From contig JAFTCL010000083.1 in the NCBI GenBank assembly GCA_017454745.1, positions 31,924 through 95,923 on the forward strand: 64,000 bases of DNA, read 5' to 3'. The notes beneath the pieces are model-generated. The model did no database searches, was not told the DNA's origin, and was given only the letters and a program-made list of their open reading frames with translations. Position numbers and translations under genes: made by a program. The stretch comes from Kiritimatiellia bacterium. Lineage in GTDB: Bacteria > Verrucomicrobiota > Kiritimatiellia > RFP12 > UBA1067. Below, one piece after another: positions 50,156-61,118 of this stretch. Numbering within the stretch: position 1 is the first letter of the stretch; each line of letters starts with the position of its first letter.

Positions 50156-52903
50156 ATGAAAAGCATTCTGTTTTGGGTGTGTGTGTTGCCCGCCGTATGG
50201 GGAATGTCGGAGACGATTTATGTTTCACCGCGTGGCAACGACGCGTGGAGCGGCTCGTTGAAGCTGCCGACAAAAGCGCTTAACGACGGTCCTTTGGCAA
50301 CGTTTGAGGGAGCCCGCAACCGTGCCCGTGCGTTGCGCAGGTCGGGGCAGATCGCGTTTGACGCGCCGGTGGAGGTCGAGGTGCTTTCCGGTTGGTACTC
50401 CATTGACCGTCCGCTGGAGTTCACTTTTTCCGATTCGCACCTTCATTTCAAGGCGGCAAAAAACGCTTCGGTGGTGGTGTCCGGCGGGTGTACGCTTTAC
50501 AAGTTTGAGCAGCAAGTCCACGGAATGTGGCAGTCCGATTTGCCGGAAGGCATGACATTTGAGCAGCTTTACATCAATGGCCGCCGTGCCCAGCGGGCAA
50601 AGTCGCCGAACGAGTTTTATTATTACATGCGCAAACCGGTGCCGTTCGGTACCGATCCGGTGACCGGTAAACCGGACGCGGATCTGTCGCGGCGGGCGTT
50701 TATGGCGTATCCGGAAGACTTGGAGAATGTGGCCAGAAAGCGCCCCGACACTTTGTCGGAGGTGGTGGTCAGGGTTTTCCATTCCTGGGAAGCCAGTCAG
50801 GCGAGACTGCAGCATGTGGATGGCAAGACTGGGCTTGTGGTGGGTACGGCATCCACACCGTGGCCTTATTTCAATTGGGGCGGGAGCGAACCCCGCTATG
50901 TGCTTGAGAATTACCGCGAGGCCTTGGATTGTCCGGGCGAATGGTATGCCGATTATGCGTCCGGTCGTTTGTGTTATTTGCCGCTCAAGGGCGAGTCGGT
51001 GGATCTGACCATGGCCATCGCTCCGGTTACGGACGCTTTTGTAAAGATTTACGGTGAAAACACGACCTCAAATCTGGTCCGTGACATCGCTTTTGATGGA
51101 ATAAGTTTCCGCTATGCCGGATATTGGTTGCCTGAAAACGGGCAAGGCGATTCTCAGGCTGCGGTGAACCAACCGGCGGCGATTGAGGTCCGTTCCGCCC
51201 ATGACGTGGTTTTCCGTAATTGCGAAATCGCCCACGTTGGCAGTCATGGCATCCGTTTTAGCGAGGGTTGCCGCCGCATTCTGGTCGAACAGTGCGAAAT
51301 CCACGATTTGGGCGGTGGGGCGGTTTATGTTGGCGACACTACGGTCGGACCGGATACGCCTTCCTCGCAGTTGACCGGTGATGTCCAAATTTACAATTGC
51401 ATTTTGCACGATGGCGGCAATCTGTTTCCCGGCGCGGTTGGCGTGTGGATTGGAAAAGCCTTCGGGGTCAGTGTTACCCACTGCGACATTTCCGACTTCT
51501 ATTACACCGGGATCTCAATGGGATGGACTTGGGGCTATGCCCCGACCATTACCCGCAACAACGAGATTTCCTACAACCACATTCACCACCTCGGCAAAGA
51601 GGTGCTGTGCGATATGGGCGCCATTTACACTTTGGGCGACCAGACCGGATCGGTAGTGTCGCACAACCATATCCACGACATTTGGTCAAGCCGCTATCCG
51701 CGTGGCGGCTGGGGGCTTTACACCGATGAGGGAACCGCCAATCTGGTGTTCGAGAAAAATTTGGTGCACGATGTGGCAACCGGCTGTATTCATCAGCATT
51801 ACGGCAAGAATAACCTTTTCCGCAACAACATTTTGGCGTTCAGTGCCGACGGTCAGATTCAGCGCAGCCGGATTGAGAACCATCCGACACTGTGTCTAAC
51901 CAACAACATCATTTATTGGGATAACGAATCTCCGGCGATTACCCGCGGTTGGAAAGGGTCTGCCGGAAGTGTGGACGACTTGCGTTTCGGCAAGAACATT
52001 TATTGGAATCCCAACGGTTTCCCCGATAAAGCTTTTCTTGGCCGTGACTGGGGTGGATGGCAGAATGAGTCGCAGGATGTGGGTTCGGTGGCGATGGATC
52101 CGGGATTCAAAAACGCCGCCCGTCGCGATTTCCGCTTAGGTAAGAAATCGCCGGCGGTGTTGGCCGGATTTGAGCCGTTTGATTACGGCGAAATCGGTCC
52201 GGTCGGCAAAGCTTGGCGCAAAAAGGCGGACGGAATTTCGCATCGGCCGTTCCGGCGTCCTCCGGCTCCGCGTTCTATTAATATTTTGCCGGTCAACTGT
52301 GATTTTGAAGACATTCCGGTTGGGAAGGCGCTGTTCGAGGCGAAAGTCCATGCCGAGGGCAAGGGCGATTCCGTCGGGGTGGTGGAAGGCGTGTCTTATC
52401 GCGGCAAGCGGTCGCTCAAGTTCCAGGACGCCCAAGGGCTTAAGGGGCGTTTCAACCCGCATATCTTCCTGCCCTGTAACTTGACCCAAGGAGTATATGA
52501 AAACCGTTTCGCCTTCCGTACCGAAGCCAACCAGGATTGGTTTTATGAGTGGCGCGATTATTCGATCAAGGGGAAGGAGTATGTGGTTGGTTTTGGAATC
52601 TATGCCAAAGACAACAAGCTGTTGATTAAATCCGGCGGCGACGACCAGGATTCGCGTTTTGATAAGATTGACATTCAGCCAGACACCTGGATGTTTATAA
52701 CTGTTCGCATGGAGTTTCCTAAGAAAGGGACGCCGGTATGGTCGGTTAAGATTGAGCGTCAGGGCCAGCCTGCCGCAGAGTACAAACAGCTTGCTTCCGT
52801 CAATCCTGGCTTCACCGCGATGCAGTGGCTCGGTATGGGATCTTTGGCGGATGCCGCCACAGCATTCTACATCGATGACTTTTTCTTCGGCGAGATGCCT
52901 TGA
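50156..52903 (+). CDS. Secreted right-handed beta-helix protein (GH141-like glycosidase)
   Basis: IYVSPRGND..GPLAT, ALDCPGEWY, YTGISMGW, DMGAIYTLG and GLYTDEG; ATG 50156 follows GGGAG. Confidence 0.78.
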   Translation: MKSILFWVCVLPAVWGMSETIYVSPRGNDAWSGSLKLPTKALNDGPLATFEGARNRARALRRSGQIAFDAPVEVEVLSGWYSIDRPLEFTFSDSHLHFKAAKNASVVVSGGCTLYKFEQQVHGMWQSDLPEGMTFEQLYINGRRAQRAKSPNEFYYYMRKPVPFGTDPVTGKPDADLSRRAFMAYPEDLENVARKRPDTLSEVVVRVFHSWEASQARLQHVDGKTGLVVGTASTPWPYFNWGGSEPRYVLENYREALDCPGEWYADYASGRLCYLPLKGESVDLTMAIAPVTDAFVKIYGENTTSNLVRDIAFDGISFRYAGYWLPENGQGDSQAAVNQPAAIEVRSAHDVVFRNCEIAHVGSHGIRFSEGCRRILVEQCEIHDLGGGAVYVGDTTVGPDTPSSQLTGDVQIYNCILHDGGNLFPGAVGVWIGKAFGVSVTHCDISDFYYTGISMGWTWGYAPTITRNNEISYNHIHHLGKEVLCDMGAIYTLGDQTGSVVSHNHIHDIWSSRYPRGGWGLYTDEGTANLVFEKNLVHDVATGCIHQHYGKNNLFRNNILAFSADGQIQRSRIENHPTLCLTNNIIYWDNESPAITRGWKGSAGSVDDLRFGKNIYWNPNGFPDKAFLGRDWGGWQNESQDVGSVAMDPGFKNAARRDFRLGKKSPAVLAGFEPFDYGEIGPVGKAWRKKADGISHRPFRRPPAPRSINILPVNCDFEDIPVGKALFEAKVHAEGKGDSVGVVEGVSYRGKRSLKFQDAQGLKGRFNPHIFLPCNLTQGVYENRFAFRTEANQDWFYEWRDYSIKGKEYVVGFGIYAKDNKLLIKSGGDDQDSRFDKIDIQPDTWMFITVRMEFPKKGTPVWSVKIERQGQPAAEYKQLASVNPGFTAMQWLGMGSLADAATAFYIDDFFFGEMP

Positions 52904-52906
52904 CCG

Positions 52907-54238
52907 TTAACTTTTTTTCTTAGTGGCCTTTCGGAATATCTCCAGACGTTTCGAGATGGTGTCTTCATAACCTTGATTGGTGGGGTTGTAGTATCTTTTC
53001 TCAACCGGAAGATATTCCTGTTCCACCAGATGGCCGCTAAAGTCGTGCGGATATTTGTATCCGGTTTCTAAGCCTTCAACCCCGATGGCTTTGACATGAA
53101 CGTTTTTCAAGTGTTCCGGAACAGCGAGCATTCTTCCGGCGCGAACATCCGCTATTGCCGCGTCCACCGCCAGATAGGAGGCGTTGCTTTTGGGTGCAGT
53201 GGCCAGATAGGTGGTGGCCTGGGCCAATGAAATCCGGGCTTCCGGCATACCGATGAACTCTACCGCCTGCATGGCGGATACCGCTACCGTAAGACCACGC
53301 GGGTCGGCGTTACCAATGTCTTCCGAGGCCAGAATAATCAGCCGCCGTGCGATAAAACGCGGGTCTTCACCGGCCTCAAGCATTTTCGCCAACCAATAAA
53401 TGGCGGCGTCAGGATCGGATCCGCGCACGGATTTAATGAAGGCGGAGATGGTGTCGTAATGTCCGTCTTCATCTTTGTCGTAAAGAACCATCTTTCGCTG
53501 CACGCAATCCTCAATTACCGCCGTGGTGATGTTTACCACGCCGTTTTCATCCGGCGCGGTGGAGCGTACCGCGACTTCAAGCGCGGTCAGCGCCCGTCTC
53601 GCATCGCCATCGCAAATCTCCGCAAGAAAATTCTTGGCGGCATCGTCCATGCGGGTTTTAATGGTGCCCAAACCGCGTTGATCGTCGGCCAATGCGCGTT
53701 CCACCAGTTTAATCACCGCGTCCGGAGCCAAGGCATGAAGCTCAAAAACCAGTGAACGGGAAGTGAGCGGCGAGTTGACGAAAATGTTGGGGTTGTGCGT
53801 GGTCGCGCCGATCAGTGTCACGGTACCATTTTCAACATACGGCAAGAGCACATCCTGCTGCGATTTGTTGAAACGGTGGATTTCGTCCACGAACAGCACC
53901 GTGCCCGGGCCGTTTCGGAACAGTTTTGCGTTCTCGCAGATGTTGCGCAGCGTGGCCACGTTGGACAGTACCCCGCTGGTACGTTCGAAGCGCCTTCTGG
54001 TGACTTTTGCAATCACCTCGGCCAAAGTGGTTTTCCCGCATCCGGGCGGACCGTAAAAAATCAGATTGGTCAACCGGTCTGCTTCGATGACCCGGCGCAG
54101 CAACTTGCCGGGGCCGAGGATGTGGTCTTGCCCCAATACCTCTTCAATGGTAACCGGGCGCATCCGCGCCGCCAATGGCGGCGGCGTGTTGCCGATTTCA
54201 ACATGTTCCTCGGTTTCGTTAAAGAGATCGTCGTCCAT
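52907..54238 (-). CDS. rarA: Replication-associated recombination protein A (MgsA)
   Basis: PLAARMRP, GPPGCGKTT, VDEIHRFNKSQQD, SAFIKSVRGSD and SEDIGNADP. Confidence 0.96.
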   Translation of the reverse strand: MDDDLFNETEEHVEIGNTPPPLAARMRPVTIEEVLGQDHILGPGKLLRRVIEADRLTNLIFYGPPGCGKTTLAEVIAKVTRRRFERTSGVLSNVATLRNICENAKLFRNGPGTVLFVDEIHRFNKSQQDVLLPYVENGTVTLIGATTHNPNIFVNSPLTSRSLVFELHALAPDAVIKLVERALADDQRGLGTIKTRMDDAAKNFLAEICDGDARRALTALEVAVRSTAPDENGVVNITTAVIEDCVQRKMVLYDKDEDGHYDTISAFIKSVRGSDPDAAIYWLAKMLEAGEDPRFIARRLIILASEDIGNADPRGLTVAVSAMQAVEFIGMPEARISLAQATTYLATAPKSNASYLAVDAAIADVRAGRMLAVPEHLKNVHVKAIGVEGLETGYKYPHDFSGHLVEQEYLPVEKRYYNPTNQGYEDTISKRLEIFRKATKKKS

Positions 54239-54247
54239 GGTAAAGAA

Positions 54248-55297
54248 TCACTGGCGTTTGGCTTCTTGGATCATTTCTTCAATCGTCGGCGGCTTTACGC
54301 CGTCCGGCAAGGCTTTTGCAAAGCGCGTGTGGCATTCGCGGACAATGTCTTCCCGTTCGTTTTCCCGTGCCATCGCAGCGATTTTTGCCAGATATTGCAG
54401 GTAAACCGATCGCATGGTTCGAGAAGGGAATTTTTCGAAGGTTTCTGTAAAGAAATCGGTGGTGGAGGGAACCAGCTTAAGCCGGTCGGCAACCGAATGT
54501 GCGGCAGATGGGTTGGTGATAATAATCAGCAGCAGCGACTGGTAAACCAAACGGCGGCACATCAACTCTTCCAGTCCGCCATCGGGAAACTGCAACCCCA
54601 GCCAAGCCCAATACAAGGAATGGGCTTCGGGCAACCGCCAGTCAACCGGACCGAAATGTTTTTCGATTTCAAGCATCTTGTCGGCATCCATCCGGTGTTC
54701 CGTGAGTACGGCCCGGCATTCCGGACTGTCGGCAAGCTTACCATTGGCGTTAACGCACGGAGCCATGCGGTCGGCCAGCGTTTTCTGGTAAGTCGCATGG
54801 GCTTCATCTAACGTTCCGCCCACTTTGTTCATGTACATCCAAGCAAGTTCCCGGTATAATCTCGGCTCCTTGGGGTTCATGCGGATCCCGTCATCGCGCA
54901 ACAACCGGATGCCGTTCTGTACCCAGCGCAAACGGTCTTCGTGGCGAATCATCATCACGCTGACGTTGTAGGCCAGATTCCAGGCGTTGTAAACCCAAGC
55001 CTCGGCGGCGTGGGGATCGAGCATGGTCAGCCAGTCCGCTAACTGCACCAGTTCAAGATAACGTGACTCTTCCTGAAGTCGCTCGGCGCGAAACCACAGC
55101 ACCTCGGAGACAATACCGCGGAATCCGCCCAGTCCGGCCATGACGAATGTCAATGCCGGCGGCGGGTCGGCCGTGTAGCCCGGATACGCTTCGGGCATCC
55201 CGGATTGGCGGATTGCGGCCAGCCGCCGGCTTTGAACCGCCGCCAGCGCCACCGCTGCGGCTAAAACAATCCAAGGTGTTATTCTCCGTATTTGCAT
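54248..55297 (-). CDS. Conserved hypothetical membrane-anchored helical protein
   Basis: N-terminal hydrophobic segment; LGGFRG..LW, LDPH..WVYNAWNLAYNVS and DWRLPEAHSLYWA; tightly packed between GH95 and rarA. Confidence 0.75.
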   Translation of the reverse strand: MQIRRITPWIVLAAAVALAAVQSRRLAAIRQSGMPEAYPGYTADPPPALTFVMAGLGGFRGIVSEVLWFRAERLQEESRYLELVQLADWLTMLDPHAAEAWVYNAWNLAYNVSVMMIRHEDRLRWVQNGIRLLRDDGIRMNPKEPRLYRELAWMYMNKVGGTLDEAHATYQKTLADRMAPCVNANGKLADSPECRAVLTEHRMDADKMLEIEKHFGPVDWRLPEAHSLYWAWLGLQFPDGGLEELMCRRLVYQSLLLIIITNPSAAHSVADRLKLVPSTTDFFTETFEKFPSRTMRSVYLQYLAKIAAMARENEREDIVRECHTRFAKALPDGVKPPTIEEMIQEAKRQ

Positions 55298-55303
55298 AAA
55301 ACG

Positions 55304-57364
55304 TCAATCCTGTTTTACCATTTTTGGCGGCTCCGAATTGTTTGCTGGAATAAGTTCGTGAGTGATTTCACCATTCGGTGTGCGACGGGCACTGACGCGA
55401 TGACCGCCGGGAAGCCGCAGATTGCGGAACCGGACCTCTTTCCCGTCCCATGCCTTTGGAAGCGCCGGAAAAAGTGAATAGGTGTTTTTCGCCGGATCGA
55501 ACGAAAGCAGCATTTCCTGAATGCCGCGCGCATAACCGAAATTCCCTTCAAGCGTAAACGGGCGGTAGGTGAACCGGGAAAGCCCGCACTTCAGTTGGTC
55601 GCCGTTCAAGTGGAAGCCGTTGCGCGAAACAAACGCGCGTTGGAAATCCTTGAGATAACGGTATGCCCGGTCGCCCCGTCCGAGCCTAGCTTCGAAACAT
55701 CCGGCCCAGGCGAACGAGTATCCGGTCCACCAATCCGACCCGAGGTTCTCCCAGTGTTCTACCGATTTTAGCGAGTCCACGCCGGGTTCGCTCGTAACAT
55801 TTGTTAACGGGAACACCTGCATTAAGTGGGACGCGTGACGGTGTGAGACTTTCAGCGGATTTCCGGCGGATATCTCCAACGCGCCGTCCTTATCAACATT
55901 TGGCGGGCCGAATGTTCCCACATAGCTTTTCCATTTAGCGGATTCATCTTTTTCCCCGGTGGCGTTGGCCAATCGCGAAAGCCAGGTGTAAAAACTGTTC
56001 AATATCGCCCGCTCGTAACTGGAGTTTGCGTTGAGAAAACAGCCATGCTCGTTGTTGCCGATTTCCGGCGAGCAAGAGATGTCCAGTTTTCTAACCCCGT
56101 CTACGACTTTCCATGAGTGTTCAAGCCCGGCGGCGAGTTCGCGTCCGAATGCTAGATATCTTCGCGCTTTTTCCGGGGTGGGGTCGTAGTCCCAGGCGTC
56201 ACACATGGTATCGAACACCCAAATGCCGTGTATCGGCGGGACCATGTAGGCGGTCCAGCCGGCGATCGGTTGGGCGGCAAGCCCCATTGTCGGCGGAATC
56301 ACCGCGCCGTCGCCGCCATTAAAGATTTTACGGCAGAATGCGCGGCATTCCGGCAACCGCTCGATATAGAAGTCGGCGAATGCCTCTAGTGCTTCAATAT
56401 GTCCGGCGGGGCCGGCCGCCCAATATGTCATCTCGGTGTTGAGGTCGTTATGGTAGTCGCCGTTCCACGGGGGTAAAGCGCCGTTGTCCGCAGTCCACAG
56501 CCCTTGTAGAGCGAGCGGCGGGTTTCCTGCCCTCGCGCCGGCTCCGTAAAGGTAGATTGTCAAATCATAGAGTCGCTGCATCTCCGGGTCGGGGATGGAC
56601 ACGGAACTCTCGGCGTTGAACTTGTCCCAGAACTTGGAATTCGGATTTACCGTTGGTTTGCGGAAACGTACTCCGGTTTCAAAGTCTTTATCGAAACGGT
56701 TGTTTGCACCGTTCCGGCGGCGACGGCGATATACGGTTTTGGTTTCGTCGATAACGATTTCCGGTTCCGGATAACCGGTAAGTTTTTCGAAAGACGGGTT
56801 TTTAATGAACTCCCGTCCGCTGAACGACACTCCGTCGGGAACGCGAATCGAAAGGAGTTTGTCTCCGTCATCGAACCAGAGCGCGATGTCTTTGTCACCC
56901 TGTGCGGTAGCCACGGTCACGGATGCGACCGCAGTCATGCCATCCAGCCTAAACCGTTTTAGCGTTTGCCCCGGGGCGAGTTTCAGCACAAGCCGCACGC
57001 CGGGAAGTTTTGTCGCGGAGTTGCCGCCGTTGAACACCTTTGCCCGTCTCGCATCGTCTTTTCTAGCGACCACGTCGATTAACGTCTCCCAATTGAATTC
57101 GGGAGTCTGGTAACAGGATACATCGGTATTGTGCCAAAAGTCGGCCCGGTCCAGAGTGACGTTTAGCGTGTCGCCGCCGCCCCACAAAAGCGCGCCCGCG
57201 CCGCCGTTGCCAAGCGGTATGCCGTCTTCCCACCTAGTGACCGGTGCCTCAAGGTCAAGCATCGACCGGTGTTGATCGGCCTCCGCGCCGGAAGCGGTTA
57301 GGCGCACGAATACCGAAATCGCCAACAATGCCAATGAGGCAAGGCGGATCGCCATTTTTCCCAT
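55304..57364 (-). CDS. GH95-like glycoside hydrolase (alpha-L-fucosidase/galactosidase-like)
   Basis: WEDGIPLGNG, LQGLW, DYHNDLNTEMTYW, SPE, HRHASHL, EGNFG..GIQEMLL and LFPALP; signal peptide. Confidence 0.85.
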   Translation of the reverse strand: MGKMAIRLASLALLAISVFVRLTASGAEADQHRSMLDLEAPVTRWEDGIPLGNGGAGALLWGGGDTLNVTLDRADFWHNTDVSCYQTPEFNWETLIDVVARKDDARRAKVFNGGNSATKLPGVRLVLKLAPGQTLKRFRLDGMTAVASVTVATAQGDKDIALWFDDGDKLLSIRVPDGVSFSGREFIKNPSFEKLTGYPEPEIVIDETKTVYRRRRRNGANNRFDKDFETGVRFRKPTVNPNSKFWDKFNAESSVSIPDPEMQRLYDLTIYLYGAGARAGNPPLALQGLWTADNGALPPWNGDYHNDLNTEMTYWAAGPAGHIEALEAFADFYIERLPECRAFCRKIFNGGDGAVIPPTMGLAAQPIAGWTAYMVPPIHGIWVFDTMCDAWDYDPTPEKARRYLAFGRELAAGLEHSWKVVDGVRKLDISCSPEIGNNEHGCFLNANSSYERAILNSFYTWLSRLANATGEKDESAKWKSYVGTFGPPNVDKDGALEISAGNPLKVSHRHASHLMQVFPLTNVTSEPGVDSLKSVEHWENLGSDWWTGYSFAWAGCFEARLGRGDRAYRYLKDFQRAFVSRNGFHLNGDQLKCGLSRFTYRPFTLEGNFGYARGIQEMLLSFDPAKNTYSLFPALPKAWDGKEVRFRNLRLPGGHRVSARRTPNGEITHELIPANNSEPPKMVKQD

Positions 57365-57590
57365 AGTAATAACTTTCCCAAACCAACGGCGGCATCTGCT
57401 TGCGCATTTGCTACCGTAACATAAACGCATTCCCAACGTATGCAGTCAACGGAAACAACCTACTAAACGCGTTTATTATCTCATATTGCCCTATTTTGGG
57501 CAAGGGTAAAAGTGGTGAAATCGGCCTAACTGTTTTTATGCCAGAAAGTGATTGAATCGCGTGGTGATTTTTGTTAGTGTATTAACAGTT

Positions 57591-58604
57591 ATGAACATTA
57601 AGCAAATTTATTTTGGCGTGTTGTTGTCGCTCGCTGCCGCCGGGGCGGTGCTGGCGGATTTCCATAATCCGGTAATCGCGAAAGATTGGCCGGATCCTAC
57701 GGTGTGGTACGCTGGCGGCAAGTTTTACAGTGTCGCGACCGGTTTGCGCACATTGATGACCAGCAGTGACCTGATTTCCTGGACTGACACAGGTAATAGT
57801 CCGATCTCTACTGACGCTAGGGGTAAACTGGAGTCGATCTCGCGGAATATTTGGGCCCCATGCGTGACTCGTATCGGCAATAATTGGGTATTGTACATCT
57901 CGCTTTTCATCAGCGACGACGATTGCAAAATCGCCGCCCTCACGTCAACCCGTCCTTCCGGGCCGTTTGAGTTTAAGGGTGTGGTTGTTGACACGCGAAG
58001 GGAAGGTATTCTTAACGCGATTGATCCGTTTGTGTTAACCGTCGACGGGACAACGATGATGTTTTTCGGCAGTCTGGCTGACGGGGTACACGTAGTGGAC
58101 CTCGCTTCCGATGGTTTGTCCATTGCGTCCGGCGCGAAACCGCTCCATGTGGCGGGCATCCGCAAGCCGGAATCGAAGATGATTGGCGCGTATGAAGGCT
58201 CATACGTGATGCACCGAAACGGATGGTGGTATCTGTTTGTCTCCGGCGGACACTACGCCAACCACACTTACTATTTGACCGTGGGCCGCTCCAAATCGGT
58301 CAAAGGACCTTACTTCGACCGGGAGGGCAATAATCTGACGGCCGGCAAAGCCAAGCCGATTTTGTCCTCGTCCGCCGATGATTGGTTTTACGGTCCCGGC
58401 CATAACGGTGATGTTTTCACCGCCCAAGACGGCCGCACGATGATTTTTTACCATTCGCATTGCAAAGGTTACGATACCAAAGAACGCCCGACGCTGTTGC
58501 AGGAAATGAAGTGGGATGCCGACGGTTGGCCTTACTTTGTGAACGGTAAGCCGGCCAAGGCGGAACGCGAGTTCAAAGTGCGGCTTCAAGAGCTGGTCAA
58601 GTGA
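57591..58604 (+). CDS. GH43 family glycoside hydrolase
   Basis: NPVIAKDWPDP, WAP, AIDP, YEGS and GPGHN; signal peptide. Confidence 0.92.
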   Translation: MNIKQIYFGVLLSLAAAGAVLADFHNPVIAKDWPDPTVWYAGGKFYSVATGLRTLMTSSDLISWTDTGNSPISTDARGKLESISRNIWAPCVTRIGNNWVLYISLFISDDDCKIAALTSTRPSGPFEFKGVVVDTRREGILNAIDPFVLTVDGTTMMFFGSLADGVHVVDLASDGLSIASGAKPLHVAGIRKPESKMIGAYEGSYVMHRNGWWYLFVSGGHYANHTYYLTVGRSKSVKGPYFDREGNNLTAGKAKPILSSSADDWFYGPGHNGDVFTAQDGRTMIFYHSHCKGYDTKERPTLLQEMKWDADGWPYFVNGKPAKAEREFKVRLQELVK

Positions 58605-58724
58605 ACTTGTCGGCATCCGCAAAATTTCGTCCCGATGGCGTTTTGGGGTTGTCTTGGCGTTCGGTTTGGTGATAAAATGAACGCACCATTTGAGTTTTGG
58701 ATTAACTGTTAATCGGATGATGTT

Positions 58725-59489
58725 ATGAGTAAACCTGTTGTGATTATGCCGTGCCTGGATATGCGCCAGGGTAGGGTGGTTAAAGGCGTGAATTTTGTGG
58801 ATATCCGCGATGCGGGCGATCCCGTGGAATGCTGCAAGGCGTATTGCGCCGCCGGCGCGGACGAGTTGGCGATGCTGGACATCACCGCCACGGTGGAAAA
58901 CCGCGCCACGATGCTTGAGGTGGTGCGCAAGGTGGCGGACGCCGTAACGGTGCCGTTTACGATGGGCGGGGGAATTAACTCCGTCGCCGCCGCCGAAGCG
59001 GTGCTGAAGTGCGGCGCGGACAAAATTTCCACCAACAGCGCGGTGTTCCGCAATCCGGATATGATCGGCGAGATGGTTAAAGAGTTCGGCGCCGACCGCG
59101 TGACCGTGGCAATCGACGTGATGCAGAATCCGGCTATGCCGTCTGGTTACGAGGTCTTCATCAACGGCGGTAATACCGCCACCGGCACTGATGCCGTGGA
59201 GTGGGCAAAACGGGTGGACGGCTACGGGGTTAAGACTTTGTTGCCGACTAGCAAGTCCACTGACGGCGTGCGCACCGGTTACGATCTGCCGCTGATCCGC
59301 GCGATCCACGCCGCCTGTTCGGCGGACGTGGTGGCTTCCGGCGGCGCCGGAACGATGGAACATTTCGCCGAGGCGGCTGAAGCTGGCGCGACGGTGCTTC
59401 TGGCAGCGTCCGTGTTCCATTTCAACATCATCAGCATTCCGGCGCTCAAGGATTACCTTGCCGGCCGCGGGATTTGCGTACGCCGTTAA
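58725..59489 (+). CDS. hisF: Imidazole glycerol phosphate synthase cyclase subunit
   Basis: PCLDMRQGRVVKGVNF, GADELAMLDI, GGGI, DG..GYD, ASGGAG and ASVFH. Confidence 0.96.
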   Translation: MSKPVVIMPCLDMRQGRVVKGVNFVDIRDAGDPVECCKAYCAAGADELAMLDITATVENRATMLEVVRKVADAVTVPFTMGGGINSVAAAEAVLKCGADKISTNSAVFRNPDMIGEMVKEFGADRVTVAIDVMQNPAMPSGYEVFINGGNTATGTDAVEWAKRVDGYGVKTLLPTSKSTDGVRTGYDLPLIRAIHAACSADVVASGGAGTMEHFAEAAEAGATVLLAASVFHFNIISIPALKDYLAGRGICVRR

Positions 59490-59508
59490 TTGAAAGTGGG
59501 GTGCCGTA

Positions 59509-59988
59509 ATGTCCCGTTCCGCCGATGAGTTGCAGGGAATCTCCTTGTTGGGAAACCGCAAGACCGCCCGCCCGGACGATTACGATCCCGGCGTGTTGGA
59601 AACTTTTGCCAACAAGCATCCGGAACGGGATTATTGGGTAACCTTCAACTGCCCGGAGTTTACTTCGCTTTGCCCGGTGACCGGTCAGCCCGATTTCGCC
59701 AAGATCGTCATCCGCTACATTCCCGACAAGCGGATGGTGGAGAGCAAATCCCTTAAGTTGTATCTGTTCAGCTTCCGTAACCACGGCGATTTTCACGAGG
59801 ATTGCGTCAACATTATCCTCAACGATCTTGTCGCATTAATGGATCCCAAGTACATTGAGGTTATCGGCGAATTTGTGCCGCGGGGCGGGATTTCGATTTG
59901 GCCGTACGCAAATCGGGGACGGCCGGGGACGGAGTATGAGGAACTGGCGAAATTCCGGTTCCGTTCACACGGGTTGAAGGGCGAATAA
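59509..59988 (+). CDS. queF: NADPH-dependent preQ0 reductase (unimodular)
   Basis: [26 protein letters not shown] and PRGGI. Confidence 0.96.
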   Translation: MSRSADELQGISLLGNRKTARPDDYDPGVLETFANKHPERDYWVTFNCPEFTSLCPVTGQPDFAKIVIRYIPDKRMVESKSLKLYLFSFRNHGDFHEDCVNIILNDLVALMDPKYIEVIGEFVPRGGISIWPYANRGRPGTEYEELAKFRFRSHGLKGE

Positions 59989-60030
59989 GCCGTTCGATGG
60001 TTTAAGCCGTTATTTCCGGGAATTCGGGCT

Positions 60031-61116
60031 ATGGTGGTGAAGTTTAACAACGCGATGAACGCCGATGAGGTGTCTGCCCTATGGACCCGGACAGTTGCGG
60101 AAGCGGCCGCATCGCAGTCTGGCGCGACACTGACGCTGGACGCTTCGGACTGCGCGACCCTGGGCGGCGCGGCGTCGGCGTTGGCGGTGGAATTGCGGCG
60201 CATCGCCAACGAACGCGGACTGAAGTTGGAGCTTCGCGATTCCCACGGTTCGCTTGACACGGTCTTCCGCGTTTTCCCTGCAGAAAAATTTGCCAAAATC
60301 GAACCCGGAATGTCCGGCCGCAGCCCTTCGCTGGCGGCGCAAGTCGGTGAGTCCACGATGCGCATCTGGCGCGATTTTGTGGAACAGCTCGCCTTCTTGG
60401 GTGAGATGGTGCTGGGTTCGTTTCGGTTACTGTTCCATCCCGGCCGTCTGCGTTGGCGGGAAACGCTGGTGTGCTTTGAGCGGGCCGGGATTGACGCGCT
60501 GCCGATTACGCTGTTGATCGGATTCCTTATCGGTTTGATTCTGGCCTTCATGTCGGCCGCCTCGCTGCGCCAGTTCGGGGTTGAGGTGTATGTCGCCGAC
60601 TTAATCGCCATCGGCCTTTTCCGCGAATTGGGGCCAATCATCACCTCGATTATTTTGGCGGGACGTTCCGGTTCCGCGTTTGCCGCCGAAATCGGCACGA
60701 TGAAGGTTAACGAAGAGTTGGACGCGCTCGTCACTTTCGGCATCCGCCCCGCAATGTTTTTGGCGATGCCCAGGGTAGTGGCTGCCACCTTGGTGATGCC
60801 GGTGCTGACCATCTTCGCGGTGACGGCGGGACTGGTCGGCGGGGCGATGGTGTTGGTTTCAATGCAGGTTCCGCCGGTTACCTATCTCAACCATGTGACG
60901 AACTCCATCACTTTGTCAAACGTGCTGTTCGGGCTGGGAAAGTCGGCGGTGTTCGGCACGTTGGTGGGACTGGTGGGCTGCTCCCACGGGTTGCAAACCG
61001 GGCGCACCGCCGATGCGGTCGGCCGGGCGGCTACCGCCGCAGTGGTGGGGTCGCTGGTGCTGATTACGGTTTTTGACGGCGCGTTCGCCGTGGCGGCGTA
61101 TTTTGCCGGGGTATAG
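60031..61116 (+). CDS. mlaE: MlaE-family permease with N-terminal STAS-like domain
   Basis: RELGPIITSIILAGRSGSAFAAEIGTMKVNEELDAL. Confidence 0.9.
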   Translation: MVVKFNNAMNADEVSALWTRTVAEAAASQSGATLTLDASDCATLGGAASALAVELRRIANERGLKLELRDSHGSLDTVFRVFPAEKFAKIEPGMSGRSPSLAAQVGESTMRIWRDFVEQLAFLGEMVLGSFRLLFHPGRLRWRETLVCFERAGIDALPITLLIGFLIGLILAFMSAASLRQFGVEVYVADLIAIGLFRELGPIITSIILAGRSGSAFAAEIGTMKVNEELDALVTFGIRPAMFLAMPRVVAATLVMPVLTIFAVTAGLVGGAMVLVSMQVPPVTYLNHVTNSITLSNVLFGLGKSAVFGTLVGLVGCSHGLQTGRTADAVGRAATAAVVGSLVLITVFDGAFAVAAYFAGV

Positions 61117-61118
61117 CA

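Noticed and set aside
53795-54811. 338-aa plus-strand ORF
   Set aside because: Antisense shadow of rarA and its upstream gene.
58200-59561. 453-aa minus-strand ORF
   Set aside because: Antisense to the well-supported GH43 and hisF genes, with no motifs of its own.
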